Assembly: GCF_009914755.1 (NCBI RefSeq)
Contig: NC_060928.1
Reading direction: 5' to 3' (one strand)
DNA: 64,000 nucleotides
DNA from: the human T2T-CHM13v2.0 reference genome, Homo sapiens
Below, piece after piece: positions 27,296 through 42,298 of this stretch. How positions within the stretch are numbered: the stretch's first letter is position 1; every line of letters begins with the position of its first letter. The position numbers were made by a program, and so were the translations under genes. The notes beneath the pieces were generated by a model. It searched no databases and was not told where the DNA came from. It saw only the letters and a list, made by a program, of their open reading frames with translations.

Positions 27296-28939
27296 AGTGC
27301 ATACAAGTCAGGTTTCAGGACCTCCAGTAAGCCACCATAAAATAGCCACATGGGCCTTTTGCATAAATAGTGTGTGCATTTGTTATCTGTTTTCTTATGC
27401 CAATTATCAGTCAGTAAATATTCTGACTACCAAACCATAAACAACTCCCCATCAATAGCTAACTGAAAACACAGATCACAATATAAGGCTTTGATGCGCA
27501 ATTCTTCCCCCCAACCTATCAACTGGCTTCTCCCCTCGTGTCTGCTGCTTGCAGTGCTGGCTCTAAGCAGCCTTATCTTATGCTCCCTGAGATTGGGTCT
27601 AGAGCTAATTACAGCGTAATGTGAGCACTCAGAGCTGAGCCCAGCAGAAGCCATGCATCATACACAAGTGTTTTATCCAAAGACCAAACCTTCCCTGTTC
27701 TCGCTCAACTTCCTCTAGATTTTAAAACATCCCTGGAGTCATGGAGTAAAGGGAGTAACACCTTATTCAGAGTCATTCACCCCCACTCGGATTGCCCCTG
27801 TCTGTTAGGTAAGGAAATGTCCCCCTTTCTAAGCTATGTGATGTGAATATGTCATTTGCATTCCTTCCCTGGGGATTGCACTATAAGGGCCCATAAAAGG
27901 AGCCCCCTTTGCTATCACGGTGGCAGGGAAGACAATCAAGGAAAAACTAGAGTTCCCCTGGAGGCGAAATCCTAAAGGATCAGAACAGCAAACATGGAAT
28001 ACATGAAAACATGTATTTTCCCCACATGTTCAAAAATTTTTAAATATAAAACTCAAAGTCTCTAAAAATCACATTTTCCCCTAGATTGGAATAGAGGAGG
28101 GAGAAGTCGGGGGAGAGAGGTGATGAGGAGCAGAGAAGCCAGTGTTCTTTAGAGCCAGAGTCAGAAACTTGGCCAATTCCAGCATAGGGCCCCCTCACTC
28201 TCATTGCCAGTTGGTGTGCTTCACTGTTACATTCCCCGCTCTTTGCCTACTTGGTTCATTTCTGGGACATCTCATTTTCCATCCCCTACCTTTCCTCATT
28301 TCTTCCAACTAGTGTCTCCCACTCCTGAGGAGCAAAGATCTGTGGTAAGGGGGACATTCCAAAAGACCCGACTGAAGTGTCCCTGAGCAAAGGGACTTCA
28401 GAGTGGAGCTGAACCTCTAATTCACCTGGCAATGACATTTAGTGAAATGCGACTCACATTCCATTTAAAGGAAGGTGGTGACCAATTATTCTCCATTTAA
28501 AAGGGTATTGTCAATCTCCAAAGAGCTGACATGGCATTTGGAAATCATCGTGGGGACTTCCATCTTCACTGAAATACAGAACCAATTCTCCACCGACCTT
28601 TCCCCACCCCCTACATCTCCTTTAAAATTTAAAATCATACTCTTAAAAGCGTAATGAGTAGCTGCACAATCCTGCAACACACCTTATCATTCCAAAAGAG
28701 AATGACAGGAAAAACAAAGTGCCCTAAGACCTTGATGCCCCTTTTCAACACCACGACTTAAATCAAATATGTTGGGAAAAAATGATAAAAAAAGAAACAT
28801 CATGTACAATTTGATGGTGATAGAAAGAATGTCAACTAATAAGAATACATCTTTATAATTTATACTCCATCTTTTTTTCCCAAATGGATCAGGGCAGTTT
28901 TTTTAAAAAAAGAATTTTTTTTAAAAATGTGTTTTTAAA

Positions 28940-29192
28940 TTCCACTTTATATGAGGTCCCTATAGTCAGATTCAAAGACATAAAGTAGTGGCCTCCAGGG
29001 CCTGTGGGGGAAGAGGTGAACCGAGAGTTGTTTAATGAGTTTCAGTTTGAGAGAATGAAAAAGTTCTGGAGATGGATGGGGGTCAATGGTTTGCACAACA
29101 ATGTGAACATACTTAATGTCATTGAACTGTGCACCTAAAATGGTTAAAATGGTAAATTTTATGTTAAATACAGTTTGCCATAATAAAAAAAT
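28940..29192 (+). mobile_element. L1MB-like 3' UTR fragment
   Basis: aagttctggagatggat...gcacaacaatgtgaacatacttaatgtcattgaactgt...aaatggtaaattttatgtta. Confidence 0.85.
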
Positions 29193-29656
29193 TTCCCATT
29201 AAAAAAACCTGAAAAACTTCTTAAAGATAGTTATCATTTGCTCAAATTTTAGAAGTCTATAATTCCTAATAGTAGTCTTTGTATATATGTCCTTTAAAAA
29301 TCTTATAAATTAAGACAGTAAAGAACTTGAATAATGCCAAAATGAGGTATTTCATACAAGTCCAGTGCAGAAGAGACATGTTAAACAGGGCCCAATGTCA
29401 CACAAGCAACTGACACAAGCCTGGCTTACCATGTGACCATTCCCCCCTACAGTAAGAACTCACCAAAGGGAAAAAAGCAGAAGGAAATCAACAATCCCTA
29501 CTGTTTTGAGACCCAAGCCAAAGCAATACTACTTCCAAAGGATTACACACACACAAAGTCAAGGAGAAAATGTATGGAAGTGCAGACTATCCAAATTTAA
29601 AGGGACCTTGAAATCATCTAGTTCTACCAGCTTATTTTACAAATAAGAATACTGGT

Positions 29657-29660
29657 AGAC

Positions 29661-29707
<47 letters not shown>
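29657..29707. repeat. (GA)n microsatellite, (UC)n in the pre-mRNA
   Basis: Direct reading; 20 perfect units at 29667-29706. Confidence 0.97.
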
Positions 29708-29710
<3 letters not shown>

Positions 29711-29727
29711 CAACCCTATTCAAGTAC

Positions 29728-30208
29728 CTGACAGCTTCATGAGAAAATCAGACGCCATCTTAACAGAGATGTCCTGGCTGAACAATGCTGACGCACTGTT
29801 GGCCACATACTCGGAGGGGTCTTTCAGCTTTGTGTGGTTGGCGGGCCTGTCGGCAGCATTCAAAGTAAAGGAGGTGGGCAGGCCGTTATCTTCCTTGGGT
29901 TCCTCCTTCACCAGCAAAGGCGAGACGCCAGCCCCTCCCTGGCTAGTCCTCTCTGGAGTGTTAGACGTCATCATGGTCCCCACTAGCTCTGTCCCTCCTC
30001 CTTCCCTTTGCTGCCCCAGGCAGGCACTGTCACTGAGGTGGGGAGATCCCTTGACATCTGGGTCTGGGATCTCCTCCTTCACCTTGGCTTCTGTCCTCAG
30101 GAAGTGCTGATGGCAACGCATGTGGAGTTTCAGGCTGAAGTGGCGTGAGGAAGTAAAAGGGCACAGCTGGCACTGAAAGGTCTCTCCCCGATCCTGGTGC
30201 TGATGAAC
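29728..30208 (-). CDS. ZNF827: ZNF827 coding exon 4 (481 nt, phase 0/1): end of finger 2, finger 3, two VKEE motifs and first DISVKMAS helix
   Basis: Acceptor ttcttcttgcttctccgtcAG|GTTCAT, donor CTGTCAG|GTactt; VHQHQDRGETFQCQLCPFTSSRHFSLKLHMRCH...DISVKMASDFLMKLS; supplies the last His of finger 2. Confidence 0.96.
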
Positions 30209-30994
30209 CTGACGGAGAAGCAAGAAGAATGAGCTAGCCACCGTGCATTTATGGAAAATGCCTTGCTGTAGATCCAGACTATTCATCAATCATTTCCTCA
30301 CCGTGCAAAGGGCTGGCCTTTGTACTGCAGAGCATTTCACTATGGGGCTCCAGGTAATGAGGCCAATCCCTAAACATAAAGTGGGTCCACATAGGTTAAG
30401 AGTCCATTATTAGGGCCATGCTCACAACTGAGGATGCAGCCGGCCAACGGATGCTATTTTGGGTAGCATCCCACTATTCTAGTCATCTGATCTCAGTTGA
30501 TGTCTTCAGAGAAAATATTATAAACCCAGCACAATCCAAACTTACAAAATTACTAGTTGGGGATCAAAAGAGGTAACCTGTCAAGTAATTCCTCTCACAA
30601 TAATGATACTTTGCATTCATCCAATTTTTTGTTAGTTATGTTCTGCAAACATAATTTCAGTTTTCAAAATGCTGCTCTTAGGTAATTAAGAATGTAGAAA
30701 ATAATGTCTCCAGGGTATTCCCGTTTCAAAGACAGAGAAATTGAGGCCCCAGAATAAATGGATTGAGCGAAATTACATACAAAAAAAAAAAACAAAGTAG
30801 GAGAAAAACCAAGGTCTGACCCTCACCAAGTATTCTGAGCAAGAGGAAACCAATTTTTCCAAACGTGGCTATAATATCATGCTCCAGATTCTGATGTCTG
30901 CAATGAAAGAATGCAGACTTTTAAATCCAGTTCCAGTCTTGCATGCACATGATACCTGTAAAAATTGGGAGAAACTTTTTCTTCCTGTCACTAC

Positions 30995-31355
30995 CAAATT
31001 TAGTGCTTAAAAAAGTGAGGAAATCATTGCATTGGCCTGAGCCAGGCTTTGAGCTGGCAGGTGCTCATAAGCTTGTAACTTCCCCATTTATCTCTGCCAA
31101 TGCACTTTAGTGCTGACCTGCTACACTCTGCTATTTCAGGACTGGTCCTCCCTTAAGTAGAACTGCCAATTGTGTAGATGTGGGCCAAATGATTTGGGGA
31201 GCTGTGTGATCTGAACAAACAAGTGAGTGATTGGAACCCAAAAGCAAAACAAAACTGACACCTCCTCTTTTAGGGGTGACCTAAGCAGGACTCGAACCCA
31301 GGTCTCACCAAGGTTAAAGGCTCATGCGTTAATCCGCTGCACCACCTGGCCCCTC
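30995..31355 (-). mobile_element. Ancient tRNA-derived SINE (MamSINE1/LF-SINE-like)
   Basis: Minus strand ggggccaggTGGTGCAGCGGattaacgcatgagcctttaaccttggtgagacctgGGTTCGAGTCCtgcttaggtcacc; distal cattggcagag..atggggaag and agcactaaatt resemble the LF-SINE-type tail as I recall it. Confidence 0.65.
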
Positions 31356-33339
31356 TCGGTAGGTTTCCTTTCCAAGAGAGCAAGTTTTACAACAGCTGTT
31401 TATGCATTCTGAATGCAATCCAAAAGCATTATTCACCAGCCAAAACATACTTTTAAATAATGTTAAGTGACCAACAAAAGCAAAGAAATTAAAAGTTAAT
31501 GGTGAGATCCTGTCGCTACAGCACCCCACTGTGGCTTTTTGAAAAAAACAACAGAAGAGATTCTGGGTCCCCCAAAGCATGAGTTTCTTAACAGAAATAG
31601 CCATATACACTTAAACTCAGTTAGGCAAAGTCCTGATCATGGAAAGGCTTTCCCTCTGCTGGGGTGGAGTGCTGGGGGTGGGGAAACACACTGATTGTCA
31701 CCAGCTGTTAACATCACCCCTTTCTGTTCTTTCACAACAAAAGGATTTCACTAGGAGCTGACCATTTCATTGCTTTCTCACAGAATCCCCACCATCTCCT
31801 CCGACCAATTCACGCAGAAGCAGGCACCTTGGGGACCTCAGGTCACAGTCCCATGGGACCCTGACCGGTGCTGCCAAAAGCATGCCCTGGAACCAGGTGA
31901 TAAAGGTCACGAGGCAGAGAGCTTCCATTGTCCCTGAGAGCAGTGCAGTGGGGCAGATCCATTTCAGAAGTGTCCTTACATCTACTGACCCAGGAGAGGA
32001 GGGGAGCTAATCCAAGAACAGAAGCTCCGGAAGCAGCTTCTGGAAGAAGGAAAAGGACAGAGCACGAGCCCAAGTTCTAAAATCAAAAGGGAGTCCTGGA
32101 TTAAAAACCGTCTATGTGCATGTATTTTATGTGACTTCTTTTTCACCAGATCCTGGCCTTGTTATATTTAGTTATGGACAAATTAGTGAAGCTTTAAAGG
32201 AAAAACAGTGGGTATTTTGTTGACTTTTGCACTTAACAATTTTTTTTGAGCTACAACTTCCCAAAAGGACTATATATCACATTTGGCCTTTGAGAGAAGT
32301 ATTAGCTCTATCCTCTGACTGCAGTTTTTCCCCCTTCTCTCCTGACATTCGAGCACTTTTCTGTCATAATTTTTATTCTCTTTAGCTTGACATTTGCTTT
32401 AAAGATCTTCTTAGTCTACTAAAATGAAGACATGCTTCTCTAAAGCACGTCATTCTCTCCAGGCCATGTTTAGGGGCTCACCTATCCTCTGGTCATTTCA
32501 CACAAACAACCCATATCAGGTGCTGTTACATCATTAGGGCCATCTCTTCACCATTGGGGCCATTTCTTGGTAGCAGTTGGATGCTTGGGTTGTGGTATTT
32601 CAGAGCTTGGGGAAATTTTGGGAAACCTCTACTCCATCCCCCACTAGGGGGACAGGTGAGGGCCTTCATGAGAAGTTAGAGCTCCTTAAATGGCAGACCT
32701 GAGGCTACTAGAACTCAGTACCCTGACTCTCGGTCAGTTTCCTGCTAATACTTCACCAGTGTTCTTTATCTTAGCAGTCTTCCTCACCTTTTCTGCTCAA
32801 TTTTAGCTTATGAATTCATGTTGAATTCCTGTATGTTCACTTATCCAGGAAAATTTTAAAGGACTTAATGGAAATCTGAGATAACCCCGAGGAAAGCTGG
32901 AGGCCTTTATAAGCTCCTTCCACAGCGGGTGATAAAAACATTTGCACGATATATTATGAAGGAAAGGTGGGCTAAAAGAATGTACAGTGCCTAGGACATA
33001 ATAGGATAGAGTAAGTACTATAATACAAATGCAGTAAGTACTATATTTGTTGAACAAAGAAAGTAGAATCCCATTTTTCTTTAAAACATCGATATACCAA
33101 TATAGAAGAATATACATCAAAGTGATAATGGTTATTTATCATTCTTGGTGATGGGATTAAGGATCAACTTTATATTCCTTTGTTTATCAGTTTTTCTAAG
33201 TTCTCAGCACTAAAGACAGATCACAAAAAGGGAAAAGGAATAAAATTTATTTTAGAGTAATTTTTTATACCATTTCATTGATTATTTCTAAATGTAAATA
33301 AACATTAATGTATATTGAGATGGCTTTCCGATAATGATC

Positions 33340-34267
<928 letters not shown>

Positions 34268-36293
34268 TTAAACTTGCATGAGCTCTTCTCACACTTCCCG
34301 TATCAAAAGCTCAAGTCATAGCTCAACAGGTTAGGACACCATGAGTTTGAATAAAGTAGTAATTTCACACAACTGCTTTATCGTACTGGTTATTGATTTG
34401 TTCTGAAAGCATTCTAAGACCCCACGACCCACAAAGCCCTTGCAGCTCTCATCTGTGACACTGCCATGGCCGGCCGTCTGTGTCATCAAGGCACCCAACT
34501 CATCTCCCTGTAGTTTCAGGGTCAGTAGTTCCTGCTATTGAAAACCCTGCTTTTTTTCCATGGGTTTATAAATAGGTTGTTTTAAGTGACCCTGAGCTGA
34601 AACCAAGCTTACAAGGTGTCAGGCTAGATGCAAGTTTTCTGCTCGCTGAAGCTTTAAATTTGCCAGACCTGATTTCTAAACACAGCTTAGGAAATAGTAA
34701 CTAAAACAAATTTTCATTTTAAAGGCATTTCTTTTGAAGTCTCATCCTGCTAACGAAATTCAACTTTGCAGGTTTAAAATACAAGTTTTTACTCTGGGAA
34801 GACGTGACAGAGGATGAGGAGGGTTAAAGTAAAAACTAAGTCGGCTGAGTAAAATTCAGCCAACCAGAACTCCTGGTTAAATGGATTCTGAAGATGAAGG
34901 GCATGCTACTCCCAGGAGACAAAGGCAAATGATAGAAAACAAATTACATCATGGATTTAAATTTTCTTAATCTTCCAAGCTATTTCCTAAAGTCAGTAGA
35001 GGTTCTATCTGGTCACACTTTTTTAGAGCTACAATTCTGAAGAGTGATTACTGATCTATTTAAAAGGATTAGACTGCAAGATTTCCAAATAAGCAAATAC
35101 CTTAATTATGTCCATACATTATACTTCTTATGGTAGGAAAGTAAACACTTTATAAATAATGTCAACAGCCAAATCATATCGAAAATATCAGTGAAGATAT
35201 GATTGCTATTAAGATGCTCAATGATAGTTATTAGAATTAAATAACTTCCATTGAAAATTCCTGTGTCAGATATTTGGTTAATATTCTCTCCTTAAATACT
35301 AATGACAACTCTTCCAGACAAACATTATGATTCCCATTTAACAGATGAGAAAATTCAGAGTCTAAAGGTTAACTTGCTCAAGGCCACTTAGCTAGTAAGT
35401 TGCATAATAAGATTTCAATTCAGGTCTATCAAATTCAAAAGCCCATGCTCTTTTGATCCCATGAGTTTCCTCCTGGATTTTGAGACAAAACCCTTTGCAT
35501 TAACGGAGTCAGCTAAAAAGATTTCCATCTAACTAAGTTTTCCCCCATCTCATATAAGAGGGACTCATGGATTCCAGTCAATTTTTCTGTACATGTTTAG
35601 TGTAGGTTTGAGCTCCCCAGTTGTTTTTAATAGGACATTGAAAATTATGTCCTTGGATGTTTGGTAAATGTAATCCTGGGAATTATGATAGCTCAAACAA
35701 TGACAGCCTCAATGAGGACTACAGTCTTGTTAGAAAGGGCCCCCAAGCCTCCCACAGGGCTAAATAAAGTTAAAGGCCCGGTGCCTTCACTGTCTTCATG
35801 CCTCCTACACGGTGTCTCTGTGTGTTCCTCTTAGTTTGCAAGCTGGAGGGTAAGGCAGTAACAGCCAAGGGCAGTCTCTCCAGGAAGGGGAGCAGGTTCA
35901 ACAGCCCTCTCTTTGGTGCTCAGTCCAGCAGCTCTTCCTGAACTTGGCTTTCCCTGCTTCTTGCTATTCCCCAGCCCTGCCTCTGAGTGCCCCAAGAAAT
36001 GCGTCAGCACACAGGCCAGGCAGGCTGTTGCTCCCCTATAGGAGAGGACCGCCCTCCAGTAAATACATTATTTGGATATCGAAGGTTCTCTCTCTCTGCC
36101 TTTAAGTTCTTGGCTGCAAAGTGGACATTAACACCTTTCTGTTGAATTCTACCTTGCTACGTGGAGTACTGTCATCCGCATGTTTCATCAGTGAGGCGCC
36201 CTCCCTCGGCCAAGAAGCCTCCTGCACCAGACCATGTACAGAAGCCCTGGCTGTGCCTGCCTCTCCAGGAGGTGCAGTCGGTAGGTGGCTTAC

Positions 36294-36466
36294 CTTCATG
36301 TGGGATTTGAGATTGTCCTTGCGAGCACACCGGAATGGACAGAGCGGACACTGATGACTTTTTAAACCTGTGTGAATCACCATGTGCCGCTTCCAGTAAC
36401 TCTTCCTTTTAATAACCAAACCACATATTGGACACTGGAAAGGCTTTCCACTTTCCTCTTCTGAGG
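36294..36466 (-). CDS. ZNF827: ZNF827 coding exon 3 (173 nt, phase 1/0): C2H2 finger 1 and most of finger 2
   Basis: Acceptor ctttctttctccttcttccaAG|CCTCAG, donor ATGAAG|GTaagc; ASEEESGKPFQCPICGLVIKRKSYWKRHMVIHTGLKSHQCPLCPFRCARKDNLKSHMK. Confidence 0.95.
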
Positions 36467-37619
36467 CTTGGAAGAAGGAGAAAGAAAGGACCATTAAGGA
36501 AAACAAAAAGGTACACTGCATCTGGCATTAATTCACATACACTGCCATATAAAAAGCACTAAAAATGATTTGGGTTTTTTTCTTGACAATTCCGAGATTT
36601 TATCCATAAGAAAGTTTTAGTACTGCTTTTCTTCAGGTAGAAACCCATATTCACCTAGTTACTTCCATCTGGGCTCCATTTTCCAAAATCTGATCATCCT
36701 GCCTTGTGAAAGTCTGACTTCCAAAGGCCATCCAACACTAAGGAAGACATCGGCAAAGGGGCTTCGCCCAGCCTGTCCTAACTCAGGGCCCAAGGGCACC
36801 ATGCACAGTCAGAGAAGTCTGAATGCAGGGGCTTTGTTTCCTGAAGGAAACTGTCAGACTCAAGTCCATGTCTGAATTCCTGAACTTTGAAAACAGTGAG
36901 AAATAAAAACAAATCACATGGGACAGAGAATAATGCACTGCTCCACACTGAAAACCAAACAGCTAGCATAAACCTCACTCTCTGAACTCCAATGGAGACA
37001 AATTTTCGGATCCCTACTGCTGACTTGTTTAGTTGTGGCTTGAGCAGATGCTGCTGCCAATTTAGCCATCAGGGGGTCTTAAGGTCAGGGTTTTTGACCC
37101 TTTTATTTCTGTCCCTTTGGTAGCCACTAACAATATGTGCTGCCTTCCTCTGCACGGTGACTGGGCCTCATTGCCCACTTTGGGAAGAGCTGCAATGAGG
37201 CCACCACAAATGCTCCAATCTTTCAAGAAATTAAACAAACCAACTACCTCCTCCAAATAAAGCTAAGGTCGCTCTCAAAGTGAAGGGTCTCTGTTGTGAC
37301 ACTATTGCTAAACTTTTGGTCTACCAATTTATATTGCTCAGTGCCACACTAGCCTCTGCAATTTAGGGATACAGGGAATAAAAAGAAGCAGAATCAAGAA
37401 CTTAGACATTTCTTTCTTAATCATAAGGAATCAGAAATATTTCAAAACCGGTTAAATGACTTAGCATATGTGCCCACAATAAAATATAAAAAGCACTTTT
37501 AAAAATGAGCTAGATCTACAGACGATGATATAAAAACACGTCCAAGATATTAGCATTGGTGGATAAAGCAAGATACAAAACCATATATCCAGGGTAATTC
37601 TATTTTTGTTTTCTAAAAA

Positions 37620-38270
37620 AGTGGAAATCAGTCACAGCTAAAACCATTAGGTGAAATATTAGCAGGGAACTTTATAAAGGATGGATCAGTTGACAACACC
37701 TAAAACCACTAATTAATCTTAACATTACTAAAAATGGGGCAGATACCATGTGCCTTCTGATATGTCATCTGTGAAATGTCCTTATAAAAAATTAAACAAT
37801 CCTCTATATAACTAACCCTTTATTGGAAATACAATTGATTTTTTAAAAAAGTGTTAAACACACCAACGGGATGAAATCAGCCAAATCTATAATGTGTGAA
37901 TTCCTCAAGACAAACGACCCAGTTTCTTCAACATGTAAGTGGCATTTTTAAAAGAGAAGGGGTTATGGAAAAATAAAGACTTAAGAGATATATACAAAAA
38001 AAAAAAGCAAGGTGTGAAGCTTATTTGGATTCTGTTTAAATAAAACCATTGTAAAAGGACATTTCTCAGATAATTGAGGAAATACTGATTATAGCTTGGA
38101 TGTTCCAAAATATCACTTAGCAATTGTTTCTGTTAGATGTGACAGTGGAATTGTGGTTATTTTTTTAAGTCCTTATCTGGTGAAGATATATACATGGAAG
38201 TATTTACAAACAAGCGGATATGATGTCTGGGATTTGCTTTAAAATACTTGAGAAAAAATAAAGGGAGGGA
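37620..38270 (+). mobile_element. Old L1 3' region (L1MC/ME-like)
   Basis: aaagacttaagagata, cttatttggattctgttt, tgatgtctgggatttgctttaaaata. Confidence 0.6.
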
Positions 38271-41200
38271 GTGGGAAGAATGGCATGAATAAATGGAACA
38301 AACAAAAAATGGTATCTTTTTATTTGCATATGAAAACTTCCTGGAAGCATACCCAGGAAACCACTAAGCAGTTACCACTGAAGGATTGTGGATTAAAAGG
38401 AAGGAATCAGGAGGGAAACTTGTGTTTTCATTTCATATCCTTCTGTACTATTTGAATTTTTTAATGTACACATTACTCTTTTAATTTTAAAAGAAAATAT
38501 TCCCAAGAGTATACTTTAAAATAATCTCATCATGTATTTACTGGGTCAACTGAGTCTCTACATACAAAGGAGCACTTCAACTGGATGGAACCAGAGGGTT
38601 CTGGAATAAAGTTAGAGCATTCCAAAAATGCAGTTTTACTAATACAGGTCTATTGGTTAGCTCAACCATGCAACTTGAAAAAGAATCAAGTCTGGAAATT
38701 CCACTTGTGATGTGTTCCACCACATGTATTTCCTTTTTTAATTGGGGGAGTAACAGGAAATGAGGGTTTCCTTTTACTCTAGGAAAAGCACACCTTGTAG
38801 ACACATATAAACAAGCATTTTTATTAACCCCCTGTAGCTTTTCTGCTGTCTCTTTTTGTGAATTGCCTCTGCCGATCTGGAGTCCTATCTGTAATTATGT
38901 CTCTTGTCTTCTATCCTTCCTTGTCATTTCCTCCACCCTGATATTTTGATCATGAAGACTACAAGATGAACAACAGACTGGAGAGAAAGGACTGAATCAG
39001 GCCTCTAGGTGAAATTATTGTCATACACTACAGGGAAATAATCATAACAATGTCTGTTTGGGGTTGTAAGAACATCAAAATAATAGGAAAGAGATAAACA
39101 AACAGGCTGTCATTGATCCCCATCTTCAAGAAGTATGTCCCACTATCAAATTCCTAAACTACCTAATTTTACAGAACTGTCTGGAAGAGGAGAGAAAAAC
39201 TGAGATGTTTTCCACTGACCTGAGATTTCATGGCACACCATAGGAAGGCAATAAAAGGGCATTAGCTAAAAAAATGAACACTGCCGTCTTCCCCTCGCAT
39301 CTTGCCTTGCCTAATGTGACCAATGCGTTTCCTATTCTTTCTGAGACCCCTCAGTCTTCACCCTAATCAACAATTCTTTATTTCAAATGTTTTACAGAGT
39401 ACATTACATTTAACCCTGCATATTATTATTTCATATAAATCCATTTAGCTATGCTTCCTTAGTTTTAATTAGTACCAAAATACACAAGTTGGGTACAAAT
39501 TAGGGTGCACTTGGACTGACTAGGAAAAAAATTAGAACACACAATGAAGAGAAACTAACTGCAAGAAATGTGGTCAAATAGCTACACTACTGTAACTTTT
39601 GAAATTTTTAACTGATCACAGCAGGAAAGGAAGATGACAGAAACCAAATGATAAAAGTAACCGAAGTACCATGACTGATTTTCACCTTTGGCCAGTCATC
39701 TCACCGATAACATCTACATTTTTATTTATTCAAGAAAGAAATTTCATATTTTAGAGACGTTCTCCATGTGTTTATGATGTTGTTAACTACTTTAAAGAAG
39801 GGAGGAAGTAAGGTTGTATTCTATTTCGTATGCCAAACTATTTTCAGGAAACTGACAGCTGTAAATTTCACTCAAAGTTAGAACCTAAGGAAAGAGGACC
39901 ACTTCCTCAGAATGAACCATACACTCTTGAGGCAATAGGATTGAAATGTTCATAATTTTACCTAGTTTACAACTGCCTAATAAATAACTTTTCCCAAGTA
40001 TATCACTAGCTAGTTATTATCACTGCAAACACAACTAAATTCCATCAAATGCTAAGAAAACAAGTGGGATGAACAGCTGCTAATTTGCTCCTCTGGAGAA
40101 AACATATTCTCTTCATAGGCAATAATATTATTGGAATAAACGAAATAATGAATGTGCATAAGACACCTGTCACATAGTAAATAGAAGCTACCTGTAGTAG
40201 CCGTTGTTGTAGTAAGAGTAGTGACAATAAACAAACTCTAAACATGCCCTGCAAAGCTGAAAACTCACCATCAGAGCAGATGTAAATCTAAACAACTAAC
40301 ATCACATAATAAATACACGGTTCAGAGCTTGGCCCAACGTTGTAGTTTGTCACTGGAGCCAATATGAAACAAATAAGCAGAAGTCCATAGTGTGGCTCAG
40401 GTAGGATCTGGCTCACCTTAGACAAAATACTGATGGACAATCCAGCTCAGCAGGGAAAAAAAGAGACATGGAAAAGATAGAAAAGAGTGGAGGGAGGAAT
40501 TGGCTGCAACAGGGCCTGGAAGTCCTTACCTTTGTGTCTCCAGCCCCCAAACAATGCCAGGTACAACATATAATTCAGTAAGTGTGTGTTAGACCGTAAG
40601 GAGATTAAATGAAAAAGGTTGGGTTAAGGGAATAGAGAGAAGTGAAATGAGGGCTAGAAATGAAAGGAAAAGACGCAGGAGGCTGCCAGTAAGTCCCAAT
40701 GGAACTTGTGTTAGGACAAGAGTGTATGTATGCCTTTCACATAGTGCCCCAATACACATTCTAAATGAATGGATGGATAAACAGATAAATGTTCGTGTAC
40801 TTAGACCTCAGCTATTTCCAAAAATGAACCTGGAGCAGCTTATATTAAAAATGCATATGGAATGACTACATCATTAATAAAGTACAGAGATATATGTTGA
40901 ACCATTTATAATGAACAAGATCTGCCCAAAGCAGAGATGATCTTATGGGAGGTTTGATAGTGAATTTTAAGAAGCAACATATTAAACTCAAAAATTGGAA
41001 AAAAAAGAGTTTGTTTTGAGTTAATAAACAGAGTTTTAAAACACTGAGCTACAGTAGTAAATATAAGCAAGAAATTCTAAAACAGGAAAAGACCTTGGAG
41101 ATCATCCAGCTCTTTTTACAGATGAGGATACTAAACTGAGGTAGTATGCTGAGAAGTCTCTCTACCAGTTAGTGGCAGAACTGAGATTACAGCTCATCTC

Positions 41201-41923
41201 TTCACTTCTGGTTTGCTGCTCTACCTATTGTCTATGCATAAATCCACAAAACAACAACAACAAAACTTCATTGGGCTAAAAAAAAATTTTTTTAAATCAC
41301 GGAGGGTTGTAGTTGCTTAACTGCTTTAACACAAAGGTATTTTTAAAACAAATGTAACTGTTTTGTAGGCTTCGAAATCAAACTTCCTGTTGTTCAATCC
41401 TATGTGGTGATTTGCAGCAAGTCAATATAACTTGCAACTGGGTGGTTTCTGCGTATATACCTTACCATAAACTTAGGAGTTCAAGATGCCTGGTGACCCT
41501 GGATCTGCATAATCTGTGCATTATTACGGTCTCCATTCTGGACCTACTAACATTACCGGTACACATCTGTGTAGGATGACGACCTATCTTCCTTCCTAAC
41601 AATACACATGGACTTTAAATCTTTTAACAGAATTTCTTTGTTATGTGTCTCAAATGCTATTTCATGGCAACAAAAAAAGCCTAGGTTAGCAATGGATGTC
41701 CCTGGGTTTATCTGTTATTATGGATGCTGACTTTATTAATGCCTATTTTAACTAGTAAATATTCAGAGAAGTCTGATATCTATAGCCATACTAAGTTTAA
41801 ATCACTGCGAAAATACAATTGAGATTAATGACGGACAGTTCTAAAAATCTAGGTTAAAAAGTGAATTTTCTAAACAAGTTCATATATGGGATCATTCTCA
41901 GATTAAGGCTTATTGAGACTTAT

Positions 41924-42298
<375 letters not shown>

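Noticed and set aside
29739-30110. 123-aa plus-strand ORF
   Set aside because: Antisense shadow of exon 4
31275-31353. Possible true tRNA gene
   Set aside because: A and B boxes are present but I could not build a clean acceptor and anticodon stem, and it continues into SINE-like body sequence
41543-41553. 11-mer ATGTTAGTAGG (minus strand) identical to the start of exon 2
   Set aside because: No similarity beyond the 11-mer; expected by chance in 64 kb
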